Source: a virus. From it: a stretch of DNA of 64,000 bases. The notes below the pieces were generated by a model, which saw only the letters and a list, made by a program, of their open reading frames with translations, made no database searches and was not told the DNA's origin. The translations under genes and the position numbers were made by a program. This document shows positions 18,696 through 27,331 of this stretch, one piece after another (position 1 is the first letter of the stretch; each line of letters begins with the position of its first letter). The stretch lies in the IMG/VR virus record IMGVR_UViG_3300024264_002047; one strand, given 5' to 3'.

Positions 18696-18724
18696 TTGAC
18701 ATTTCCACATAACTGTTATATAAT
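18696..18724 (+). promoter_or_regulatory. sigma70-type early promoter
   Basis: TTGACA-N17-TATAAT. Confidence 0.85.
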
Positions 18725-18746
18725 ATAACAAATAGGAACATATATT

Positions 18747-19241
18747 ATGAATGTTTACAAAACACGTGATAACGCAACACTCCCGGAATACGCAACCATT
18801 GGTTCTGCATGCTTTGATATTAAGGCATGTTTAACTGTAGGTGAACGTGTTAGGTCTTATACTCCTTTCAATAAGGAAGTAGATGTAATAGTGAAAAAGA
18901 ATGGCTTGGCCATTACACCAGGTACAAGAGTACTTATTCCCACAGGACTTATATTTGACATTCCGGTAAATCACGTAATGGAAATGTATATTCGTTCAAG
19001 TGTAGCAACAAAGATGGGATTGACATTAGTTAACAGTGTCGGTATAATTGATTCTGATTATGTCGACGAAACGCATATTATTGTACACAATGTGTCAGAT
19101 ACCGTGGCGCATGTTCACGACGGCGACAGATTAGCACAATGTAGATTAGCAAGCGTTACACAACAAGACATTAAAGAAGTAAAGAAGAAGCCTGGAACCA
19201 AGACGGATCGTAAAGGTGGTATTGGTTCAACTGGTAGATAA
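18747..19241 (+). CDS. dut: Trimeric dUTPase
   Basis: SACFDI, RSS, GIIDSDY, RLAQ, RKGGIGSTG. Confidence 0.93.
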   Translation: MNVYKTRDNATLPEYATIGSACFDIKACLTVGERVRSYTPFNKEVDVIVKKNGLAITPGTRVLIPTGLIFDIPVNHVMEMYIRSSVATKMGLTLVNSVGIIDSDYVDETHIIVHNVSDTVAHVHDGDRLAQCRLASVTQQDIKEVKKKPGTKTDRKGGIGSTGR

Positions 19242-19247
19242 CATAAA

Positions 19248-19323
<76 letters not shown>

Positions 19324-19422
19324 TTATCTCAAGGAAGATGTTCGGCGTATCAAGTGGTACGCCCTGCCATTAGTGGGTAGGAAACCACCCTCGGAAGTAC
19401 TTAGTAATAAGGAGAGAAGGCA

Positions 19423-19608
19423 ATGAAGTATATACTATTCGTATTGACCTTTTTTGTAATGGGCTGTAGTTCAGTCGGCAATGTTGTCGATGGAACAACT
19501 GGTATTATCAGCGGTGTAATCAAAGACGTATCTGATGTAACAACATATACTCTTGATGCAGCTAGCGGTGCAGTTAAAGCAGCAACTGAGACAGAAGAAA
19601 AGGAGTAA
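19423..19608 (+). CDS. Small lipoprotein
   Basis: MKY + hydrophobic stretch + lipobox VMGC. Confidence 0.7.
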   Translation: MKYILFVLTFFVMGCSSVGNVVDGTTGIISGVIKDVSDVTTYTLDAASGAVKAATETEEKE

Positions 19609-19637
19609 CTTTTTAGACAAGGATGTCTTCTCTTCGT

Positions 19638-19645
19638 TATAAATA
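19638..19645 (+). promoter_or_regulatory. T4-type late promoter
   Basis: TATAAATA upstream of hsp20 leader. Confidence 0.7.
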
Positions 19646-19733
19646 AATTTGTAAGACGCCGTAAGGGTTTTACAATAAGCGATGGGTAACAACCATCATA
19701 GTAATAATTAATCTTGCTTAATAGGAGATAAAC

Positions 19734-20186
19734 ATGACTGGATTAAATATAAATCAACTTCACCCTTTTGCCGTAGGCTTTGATAGAGTCTTTGACAGAT
19801 TGGTAGAGTTCCCCCAAGAACATCGATCACAAGGCTTCCCGCCTTATAATATCCGAACCACGAAAGGCGAAAAGTTCTTTATTGATCTTGCTTTAGCAGG
19901 TCTTGATATTAACGATGTAGAAATCGAAGTAAAAGAAGATGTATTAACTGTTCGTTCCACATGGGATGAAGCAGGTGATTATTTTAATGGCGGTGGCGAT
20001 TACGTTCACCGTGGTATTTCCTTCAAAAAGTTCACAAGAAGTTTTACTCTTGCTGACGATATTGAAGTTATTGATGCCAGCTTCGTAAACGGTCTTTTAA
20101 CTGTTTCATTGGAACGAATAATTCCTGAGGCAAAGAAGGCACGTAAAATTAAGATTAACAATGAGAAAGAGTTCTTAAAAAGTTAA
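19734..20186 (+). CDS. hsp20: Small heat shock protein
   Basis: VGFDR, PPYNI, ALAG, HRGI, F.RSFTL, NGLL; SD AGGAG. Confidence 0.95.
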   Translation: MTGLNINQLHPFAVGFDRVFDRLVEFPQEHRSQGFPPYNIRTTKGEKFFIDLALAGLDINDVEIEVKEDVLTVRSTWDEAGDYFNGGGDYVHRGISFKKFTRSFTLADDIEVIDASFVNGLLTVSLERIIPEAKKARKIKINNEKEFLKS

Positions 20187-20199
20187 TCAATTTTAATCT

Positions 20200-20222
20200 G
20201 GGTGGCATCAAGCCACCCTTTT
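20200..20222 (+). terminator. Rho-independent terminator
   Basis: GGGTGGC-ATCAA-GCCACCC-TTTT. Confidence 0.75.
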
Positions 20223-20241
20223 ATTGATAGGAAATTAAATT

Positions 20242-20751
20242 ATGAAACAAGTCCCTAACGTAACGTTTAAAGTAAGAAGCAGAAACGTAGAAAGCGGTGA
20301 GTTCGATTGGACCTACCCTACAACTGACGATTACTTTAAAGGAAAAAGAGTTGTAGTATTTTCACTACCCGGAGCCTTTACACCAACGTGTTCTAATAAT
20401 CAAGTCCCAGGATTTGATGTATTGTATGACCAAATGGTTGAGGCAGGAATTGATGAAGTATACTGTATTGCATGTAATGATACATTTGTAATGAATGCAT
20501 GGGCTGAAGATTTGAGAGTTAAGAATGTTAAATTGATTCCTGATGGTTCTTGCGAATTTACAGCAGGAATGGATATGTTAGTCGCAAAAGACAATCTTGG
20601 TTTTGGTAAAAGATCTTGGAGATATGCTATGGTCGTAGACGATAGTACTGTTGAGAGAATGTTTACCGAAGACGGAATGGAAGACGACTGTGGAACAGAT
20701 CCATACAGTGAAACAACGCCTGAGAAAGTACTTGCTTATTTGAAAGGCTAA
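20242..20751 (+). CDS. Peroxiredoxin (Prx5-like)
   Basis: LPGAFTPTCS, ND.FVM.AW, G.RSWRY. Confidence 0.92.
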   Translation: MKQVPNVTFKVRSRNVESGEFDWTYPTTDDYFKGKRVVVFSLPGAFTPTCSNNQVPGFDVLYDQMVEAGIDEVYCIACNDTFVMNAWAEDLRVKNVKLIPDGSCEFTAGMDMLVAKDNLGFGKRSWRYAMVVDDSTVERMFTEDGMEDDCGTDPYSETTPEKVLAYLKG

Positions 20752-20801
20752 ACAATTAAAAACAATCCACGTTTGGTGACATCCATTCCTGGCCGTTTTA
20801 T

Positions 20802-20825
20802 GGGATCCTTCGGGGTCCCTTTTTT
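20802..20825 (+). terminator. Rho-independent terminator at convergent junction
   Basis: GGGATCC-TTCG-GGGTCCC-TTTTTT (cUUCGg tetraloop). Confidence 0.85.
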
Positions 20826-22752
20826 AATTAGGCATCAGCGCCGTATCGCCGCCTGTGAATAGAGTTCTTTTGTTAACTGTACTTGATTTATCTGAAGCAT
20901 CTACATACTGATTAACATCTCCGTTTTTAATAATAGTAATCATTTGTCCTTTAGTCATTGCTCCATCTTCAACTAATTTCATCATTCCTGTTACTTGCTT
21001 GTCGTTTAAATAATCATCTTCGGTTGATCTTGTGAAAAAATCTATTAAAGAAAGGCGCTGATTTTCAGCTTGTTCTTCTCTATACTCAAGCATATCAGAA
21101 CTAGTACCAAATATTCCAAACTTCAGCGCTTCGACGAATCCTTTAGTTACTTGCTTGGTCATTTGTTCTTGAGTGCCAAAACCCTTTTCAATTCTTTCTG
21201 CTACTAACAAGTTAACACGATCTAACTCATCTTGTTTTTCTTTTAATCTAGCTGCGATATCGGCTTCCCGCTCAGCAATTTTACTGGCGTCAGTAATCTT
21301 TTTGCCATACCGTGGAACAAGCCCTCCGTCTGGGCTAGCATCAAAACCCATTATCACCTGATCGCCTTTTTCCATGTTAATAAAATCTATCTGTTTGTTC
21401 AACTTGGCACGCTGATTTCCAATCTCATTATTGGTCGCGTTTAACAATTCTTGAGATGGTCCTTTGGCTTGTTCTTGTAAAGCTTCTATTTGTTCAGCAT
21501 CTAACTCTCTTGTACCATCTGCATGTTCTTGTAACATTATTTGCGCAGTTTTTGCATTAGTCCTTGCCAAGTCTTCGCCCATTTCATCAAAGCTAATCTT
21601 TTCTTCTGAAGAGGCCTTAATATAGTCATATGCCTTTTTACCTACACCAAACGCAAATCCTAATATTGCTCCAACCATCGCGCCTTTAGGACCAAACATA
21701 AAGCCTATTGTCGCACCGGCCAAGGCCATAGAGCCTACATCAACAGCATCGCCTGCGTCTAAGGTTAACTTTTCATTGGCAATTTGATCTGGTGTCATGC
21801 CTGAAACTTCTGCTCTTATAGCATCAGCAATCTTACTGCCAATCATAGCAACACCGATACCAACCGCGGTGAGGGCTACTCCTCTTAAGCTAGTAACAGT
21901 AGACAAGAATCCTTTAGAACCCTCAACTCCAGTCATTACGCCTTTATTTAGCATCTTGGCCAACATGCTTGTTCGTATGGCTTCACCAGTTACATTAAGA
22001 GCAAGCGGTATACCAAAATCAATTGCCGTCCATGCAATCAGCGCTTTGGTAAATGTAGCCCATGGAGTATCTCCAAGGAAGCTGGAAAATGATTTTATAC
22101 CATCTCCGATTGCTTCATAATCTATTTCTTCGATAAACTTAGTAAATTTACCGTCTGTCCATTGATCTACTATACCTCTAACGACGTTAAATCCAACAAA
22201 CGCAATTGCAGCACCTTTTAATAGTTTAGTAAAGAAGCTTAATGGATTTGTAAGTACCTGCCCTGTAATAGTATTTTCTTTAAGGTAATTTTTTGCTTCA
22301 GCGGCTCGCTCTTTTTTCTTTTTATCTTCCTCTTCTTCTTTTCTTTTTGCCTCAGTTACTTGTCTTAACTTTTCATCTTCTAAATTATTTGCTATGTTTA
22401 ATTTAGCAGCTTCCTTTTGTAACTCAATCGTTTCTTCGTCAAGACCTAATGCTCGTAATTGTTCTGCATCAAATTGAACTGGAATTGGTTCTAATGTTGT
22501 TTGGGCTACTGCTTGTGCGCCTTGAGGTAATGGCCCAGTGAACGTATTAGGATTTGCGTTTAGCATTTGGCCAAACGTTTTATTTAAATTAGCAAGCTCG
22601 TTTTGTATACCTTGAAAGAGTACACCAAATTTCTCGAGGTTTATTTTAACCGTCTTTAAAGAGTTCTTTCCGTCACCGCCATTACGCGTAAGGGATCCCT
22701 CTCGTTTGAGACGATCTAAAATTGCTTGTGTATCTCTACTTATTTCTGCCAT
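20824..22752 (-). CDS. Putative tape-measure / baseplate hub protein (gp29-like position)
   Basis: 642 aa helical protein, coiled coils, Gly/Ala hydrophobic segments; lies downstream of gp26-gp51. Confidence 0.5.
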   Translation of the reverse strand: MAEISRDTQAILDRLKREGSLTRNGGDGKNSLKTVKINLEKFGVLFQGIQNELANLNKTFGQMLNANPNTFTGPLPQGAQAVAQTTLEPIPVQFDAEQLRALGLDEETIELQKEAAKLNIANNLEDEKLRQVTEAKRKEEEEDKKKKERAAEAKNYLKENTITGQVLTNPLSFFTKLLKGAAIAFVGFNVVRGIVDQWTDGKFTKFIEEIDYEAIGDGIKSFSSFLGDTPWATFTKALIAWTAIDFGIPLALNVTGEAIRTSMLAKMLNKGVMTGVEGSKGFLSTVTSLRGVALTAVGIGVAMIGSKIADAIRAEVSGMTPDQIANEKLTLDAGDAVDVGSMALAGATIGFMFGPKGAMVGAILGFAFGVGKKAYDYIKASSEEKISFDEMGEDLARTNAKTAQIMLQEHADGTRELDAEQIEALQEQAKGPSQELLNATNNEIGNQRAKLNKQIDFINMEKGDQVIMGFDASPDGGLVPRYGKKITDASKIAEREADIAARLKEKQDELDRVNLLVAERIEKGFGTQEQMTKQVTKGFVEALKFGIFGTSSDMLEYREEQAENQRLSLIDFFTRSTEDDYLNDKQVTGMMKLVEDGAMTKGQMITIIKNGDVNQYVDASDKSSTVNKRTLFTGGDTALMPN

Positions 22753-22760
22753 TTAATTTA

Positions 22761-22928
22761 TTACCTTTTAGCGTTCTCACGCGCTTCTTTTTGTCTTTCC
22801 ATGAACTCTAATAACATTGAAAAATATAAATCTCTTTCATACGGCATTAGACCTTCAATATCACTAACACTCCACTTATGATGTTGTGCCAAACCAAAAA
22901 TAGATTGATAATAATGCCCTAGACTCAT
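22761..22928 (-). CDS. gp51: Baseplate hub assembly protein (absent from ORF track, 55 aa)
   Basis: MSLGHYYQSIFGLAQHHKWSVSDIEGLMPYERDLY matches the gp51-type pattern H..S...IE...P.ER..Y. Confidence 0.8.
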   Translation of the reverse strand: MSLGHYYQSIFGLAQHHKWSVSDIEGLMPYERDLYFSMLLEFMERQKEARENAKR

Positions 22929-22939
22929 ATGGCTAAGGC

Positions 22940-23641
22940 CTATATAAAAAAACTACGCATCCCCTCAATTACAAATACTTTTTCATCTTCATTACTATTT
23001 GTATATTTAAGTTCTTGTCTAAGCTTTGGCATTGTATCAAAGAAGTTGGATATCTTCTTAATTATATCACCAGTCAAGTTATCCATAAAATCAGCAATAT
23101 CTTCTGGAGTATAATCAGCAAAGTTATGTACTTCATCTTCTGTTGCCAATGTATCTAAACAAGAAACCATAATAACATAATTAACTAACGGATCGGTTGC
23201 TTCCATATCAATTATCTTTGTAAAATCATCAATGTTTGGATACTTTAAAAATAAAACTAAATCATCATTAATTCTAACTTCTTTACTATGATTCGGATCT
23301 CTTAATATTTCCATGTTTTCGAGATCCATCTCAAGAGGTATTGATTCATTAGTATCAGGATCTGTTATTGTAAATGCAGCTGTATTATTTACTGCGCTTG
23401 CTCTTAGCTTTAAAAATATGTATTCTAAATCTAACATTGATATTTCTTCAATTGGTTTATCAATTAAACAGTTATTTACTACTTGTTTGATTGCCACCAT
23501 TTCTACCATCGGATCTTTTGATTCCGCTGCTACTAATAATATCTTTTCTTCTTTTACTGTAAACGGTCTATATAAAACTTCACTATCATCGCTGGGTAAA
23601 GTTATTTTGTTTAACGGTAAATCAATTTTTGGTAATGCCAT
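22940..23641 (-). CDS. gp26: Baseplate hub assembly chaperone
   Basis: MALPK, YRPFTVKEEKILL, DLEYIFLKLR, FFDTMPKL, EG..SFF. Confidence 0.9.
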   Translation of the reverse strand: MALPKIDLPLNKITLPSDDSEVLYRPFTVKEEKILLVAAESKDPMVEMVAIKQVVNNCLIDKPIEEISMLDLEYIFLKLRASAVNNTAAFTITDPDTNESIPLEMDLENMEILRDPNHSKEVRINDDLVLFLKYPNIDDFTKIIDMEATDPLVNYVIMVSCLDTLATEDEVHNFADYTPEDIADFMDNLTGDIIKKISNFFDTMPKLRQELKYTNSNEDEKVFVIEGMRSFFI

Positions 23642-23658
23642 AATATATTTCCTATTTG

Positions 23659-24459
23659 TTATCCTTTAGTTGGAAGATTGTCAGTTATGTTATCTAACGA
23701 ATTTCCTATTCTTTGTAATTTGTTAACTGCGTCTTGAATGTTTCTTGGTTTGCCTGATTTTAATGTTCCTCTTACAGTATCAGCAAACCCTGCTACATCT
23801 CCAAGAAGATCAAGTAAACCTGCGCCTCTTGTTGAACGTGATCCTGTATGTCCTGCTTTATCTGCAGAGTATTCGTAATCGTCAAACGCAAATTGTACTT
23901 GTATTGTTAAGAACGTATCTGTTCCATCCCAAGCCATTTCAACTCCACCCACATTAATTGGATATGCTTTTTGTAATACCGCAGAGTAATAAGACCTTGG
24001 GTTACTGTCTGTAGAAAAATGTTTGATTTCTAAATCACAAACATAATCATCTCTAAATCCAACTTCGTGTGGAAGCTTTTCTTTCCATTCACTATGAATA
24101 CCACCTGCAGAACTATAATTTAAAACGTGCCGAATCCAATAATGAAAGAATCTTAATGTATGATGATCTGAATCGCAAATGAATGTTGCTGTAATTGGAC
24201 CAGGTGTAGTAATTGCGCTCGGAATAATTTTTGATAGCTGACCAACGTAATCGTAGTTTGTTGTATTAATAGCAACACCAGGAAAAGTAATTGCACTACA
24301 AAACATCGTAAACGTTCTTGCGTCAAATTTACCTTTATCTGCTTCCGTTGCGGTATTCATCCATTTAGGATTAGTCATCATGACTTCAAAAAGATTCGCC
24401 TTGGCCGGGCCACCAAGACCTTCAAACGTTGACTTAAATCTACTAATATTAAATGCCAT
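23659..24459 (-). CDS. Tail tube-like / baseplate-tube initiator (gp54/gp19 fold)
   Basis: A.ANLFEV, C....FPG, AYP..VG, V.FAF pattern of tube-fold proteins. Confidence 0.65.
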   Translation of the reverse strand: MAFNISRFKSTFEGLGGPAKANLFEVMMTNPKWMNTATEADKGKFDARTFTMFCSAITFPGVAINTTNYDYVGQLSKIIPSAITTPGPITATFICDSDHHTLRFFHYWIRHVLNYSSAGGIHSEWKEKLPHEVGFRDDYVCDLEIKHFSTDSNPRSYYSAVLQKAYPINVGGVEMAWDGTDTFLTIQVQFAFDDYEYSADKAGHTGSRSTRGAGLLDLLGDVAGFADTVRGTLKSGKPRNIQDAVNKLQRIGNSLDNITDNLPTKG

Positions 24460-24461
24460 TC

Positions 24462-25076
24462 TTAACTCCTAGCAATCCTTCTTGAATCCGCCCACACAGT
24501 ACCCTGACTTTGTTTCTGAAATGATTGTACTGGTAAAAATAATGCAGTGTCCCATTCGGACGCGGCAATCTTTATAAACTTTGACCTAACTTGTTTAGCC
24601 AAATACATTTTAACTGTAGGCTTAAAGAACCGAAAATTTGAAGCACTCTGTAACAATTTATAGTTTATATTTAATACGGTATTCTCATCGTACGACTTAT
24701 CTGAAGCTACTGTATATAATGCATCCATTAACTGTGCTCTCATCTTCGGTGGCAAGTAATGCATATTCATTCCAAGTATACCACCCTTTACCTTATTTAT
24801 GGGAAATATGAGTGGGAACCTGTCGTAATATGGTAATGTTGCTTTATGTTTAGGATCGTATTCAAAAAAGTACATTGAACCATATACTTGATCACCACGT
24901 AACTCTCCTTTTGCTCTTCCTTTATCTTTGGTACTTAATATAGCTTCAGCAGTTATTTCTTTACCTGCTTTAAGTGTAGCTTGGTTACGATACCATTCTC
25001 GTGCAGCCTGAGAACGAGCAGGCATTTGCCCTTGTCGTATACCCTTTGCTAATATATCTGAAAATAAAGTTGCCAC
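24462..25076 (-). CDS. gp2: DNA end protector protein
   Basis: YDPKHK.TLPYYDRFPL, G.N.HYLPP..R; GTG start. Confidence 0.9.
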   Translation of the reverse strand: MATLFSDILAKGIRQGQMPARSQAAREWYRNQATLKAGKEITAEAILSTKDKGRAKGELRGDQVYGSMYFFEYDPKHKATLPYYDRFPLIFPINKVKGGILGMNMHYLPPKMRAQLMDALYTVASDKSYDENTVLNINYKLLQSASNFRFFKPTVKMYLAKQVRSKFIKIAASEWDTALFLPVQSFQKQSQGTVWADSRRIARS

Positions 25077-25538
25077 TTATCGTGCTCCTGGAATATGATG
25101 TTCTGTCATAATTGTAAAATGCCATCCTCGGTCAGCGCAAAAGTTCTTTGCTGCTTTCCATTTTGCTTCGTTAACTCCCCATGTTTTAACTTCATTTAAA
25201 TACCTTCTTGAAACTCTGCCTGTCTTTGTTTTATTCTTATTCTTTATATCAGGCGGTCTACATTGAGCGCTTGGTTTGATTTCAATCATAATAGTTTGAG
25301 GATTACCTAAGTTATCTCTCTTGTGTACTATTACATCAGGAAAGTATCTATGTACTCTACCGTCTATCGGAGACCTATATGGAACAATTACTTCTTCTGA
25401 TTGCCACCATATTACATCTGGGTGAGAATCCATCCATTTAAATACTTTAAACTCCCACAAAGACCTATAAATAATTTTTGTAGGGTCACCTTTATACTTA
25501 TTGGGATCTTTTGGTCTAAATCTACCCTTATATGCCAT
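25077..25538 (-). CDS. gp4: Head completion nuclease
   Basis: YKG.F.P.NP-like start, YRSLWE, HRYFPD, IEIKP, N.AKW.AA. Confidence 0.92.
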   Translation of the reverse strand: MAYKGRFRPKDPNKYKGDPTKIIYRSLWEFKVFKWMDSHPDVIWWQSEEVIVPYRSPIDGRVHRYFPDVIVHKRDNLGNPQTIMIEIKPSAQCRPPDIKNKNKTKTGRVSRRYLNEVKTWGVNEAKWKAAKNFCADRGWHFTIMTEHHIPGAR

Positions 25539-25558
25539 GATATACTTCCGATTACTGT

Positions 25559-25592
25559 TATAAATAATAAATTAACTATATACATATTTATT
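25559..25592. promoter_or_regulatory. Divergent late promoters
   Basis: TATAAATA on + (25559-25566) and AATAAATA on - (25585-25592) between gp4 and gp48. Confidence 0.65.
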
Positions 25593-25623
25593 ACGATTCG
25601 TCGGAACGAATTGAGGAAAATTC

Positions 25624-26685
25624 ATGGCAAGACCTGACTTTAAAACTAGAATGGGAGATAGAGGCGGTATAGACCGACTTCAATGGCCAAGTGGACAGTT
25701 CCCACACGGAATCCAGTTTATATTCAAAGACTATAATTATTCCGAGTTTATTTCTAAACCACCCGTTGGTAACTTAACAGGTGGGGGTGGAACGAAATGG
25801 GGAACCGCGGCACAAAGAAGAGCTAAAGAAAATGGTACCTTTACATTAGAATTACCGTTTCCAAATACACTAACAGATTCCACAGGAGTTCAGATCAATT
25901 CTTTTGAACGTGGATTCATTGAAGAGTTCCTTACAGGACAAGCAGTGGCCGCGGCAGACGACCCTGTTGCTGCAGCAAAGAAACTAGGCAACGCAATTGC
26001 TAGTGGAACTCAAGGACTCCTGAGCGGCGATGCCATGGATGGTGAATCAAGTGGAATGTTTAAAAGATTAATTGGTACATTAGGAACAAGTGTTCTTGGT
26101 GGATTAGGACTTGGAGAAAAATCAATTGGTGCAGCTTTAGGTTCAGTACAAAATCCACTTACTACTTTACATTTCAGCGGAGTTGATTTAAGAAACTTTT
26201 CTTTCTCATGGTCAGTATATCCAGCCAACAAACAAGAAGCTGATGATATTAAAAATATTGTAAATAAAGTTAAAAGCAAAATATTACCACAAGTACAACC
26301 TCTCGCACCGTCAGGAGAAGGCGCTGAAGGATTGCGTGATGTAACTAGTGGTGGATTAGCAAGAGCGTATTTAAAGTATCCTTCAGTTGTAATGATTAAT
26401 CTTTTAGGAGTTGACGAATCGCACTATCCGAGATTTAAAGCTTGTATGTGTAAAGGTATAGATATTAACTATGCAGACAACGGAAGTTCACCAACAATTG
26501 CTCAAGGTGGTGTACCTATGGGTATTAATATTTCAATGACGTTTATGGAACTCGAGATACAAACCGCAGAAGATTATGGTATGGCTGGGCTTCCTGCATT
26601 AGATGTTCAAATACCGAAGGTGGTAGAAGCAACCGCAAACAATACAGTAACCCCAACCCCATCAGCAAATAACGCAGGAGGATAA
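25624..26685 (+). CDS. gp48: Baseplate tail-tube cap
   Basis: NP....FSGV.LR.FSFSW...P....E, YP, F.ELEI.T. Confidence 0.8.
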   Translation: MARPDFKTRMGDRGGIDRLQWPSGQFPHGIQFIFKDYNYSEFISKPPVGNLTGGGGTKWGTAAQRRAKENGTFTLELPFPNTLTDSTGVQINSFERGFIEEFLTGQAVAAADDPVAAAKKLGNAIASGTQGLLSGDAMDGESSGMFKRLIGTLGTSVLGGLGLGEKSIGAALGSVQNPLTTLHFSGVDLRNFSFSWSVYPANKQEADDIKNIVNKVKSKILPQVQPLAPSGEGAEGLRDVTSGGLARAYLKYPSVVMINLLGVDESHYPRFKACMCKGIDINYADNGSSPTIAQGGVPMGINISMTFMELEIQTAEDYGMAGLPALDVQIPKVVEATANNTVTPTPSANNAGG

Positions 26686-26686
26686 A

Positions 26687-27067
26687 GTGTCTTATAAGTA
26701 TTTTCAAGACTTCCCAGTAATCAGATATGAAGGAAGAAAGGTAAGAGACATTTCTCGGCGTGCTTCTTTTATGAGGGCCGTTTCTAATAACCCATACTTA
26801 TATTATTCATATACCGTTAAAGATGGCGAACGAGCAGAAGATGTTGCTTTAGATTATTACGGTTCAGTTGATTATATTTGGTTAGTGTATATGGCAAACA
26901 ATATCATAGATCCTTATTATGAATGGCCAATGGATGCTCAAACATTTAATGATTACTTGGTAGATAAATATACCGCAGAGTCTGGTAAAATTGGTGAAGA
27001 TGTTATTGATTGGACTAAGAATGAAAGTATTGATGAAAACATATTATATTATATCAAAAAGGTTTAG
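26687..27067 (+). CDS. gp53: Baseplate wedge protein, N-terminal part (LysM-like)
   Basis: YF..FP, Y.VKDGERAEDVA..YYG....W.V..AN.I.DP..EWP. Confidence 0.85.
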   Translation: MSYKYFQDFPVIRYEGRKVRDISRRASFMRAVSNNPYLYYSYTVKDGERAEDVALDYYGSVDYIWLVYMANNIIDPYYEWPMDAQTFNDYLVDKYTAESGKIGEDVIDWTKNESIDENILYYIKKV

Positions 27068-27076
27068 GGATAGCAC

Positions 27077-27331
27077 ATGGCAGTAAATGATATTATTTTA
27101 GCACCGGAATCATTCCGAACAATTTATCTTCGTAGAGAGGACCGTGTCATTCTGCGTACTGAACGTGGACAAAAGATTATTGTGAAAAGAATCATTCCTG
27201 ACGATTGGATTCCTTATCGTATCTTCGAATATGAAACACAACTTAATGACAATAAAAAAGAAATCTTTTTATTCGACGATGTCTACTTGGGACAAATAAC
27301 TCGAGAATTACGAGATAGCGTAAGCGAATAA
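27077..27331 (+). CDS. gp53 C-terminal-like segment as separate ORF
   Basis: FEYETQLNDNKKEI resembles the gp53 C-terminal motif. Confidence 0.6.
   Translation: MAVNDIILAPESFRTIYLRREDRVILRTERGQKIIVKRIIPDDWIPYRIFEYETQLNDNKKEIFLFDDVYLGQITRELRDSVSE

Noticed and set aside
19324-19420. HDV-like (theta) ribozyme or glutamine riboswitch after the tRNA
   Set aside because: The tRNA already encodes CCA and I could not build the nested double pseudoknot; only a GGAAGTA fragment resembles glnA RNA; kept as an unassigned structure
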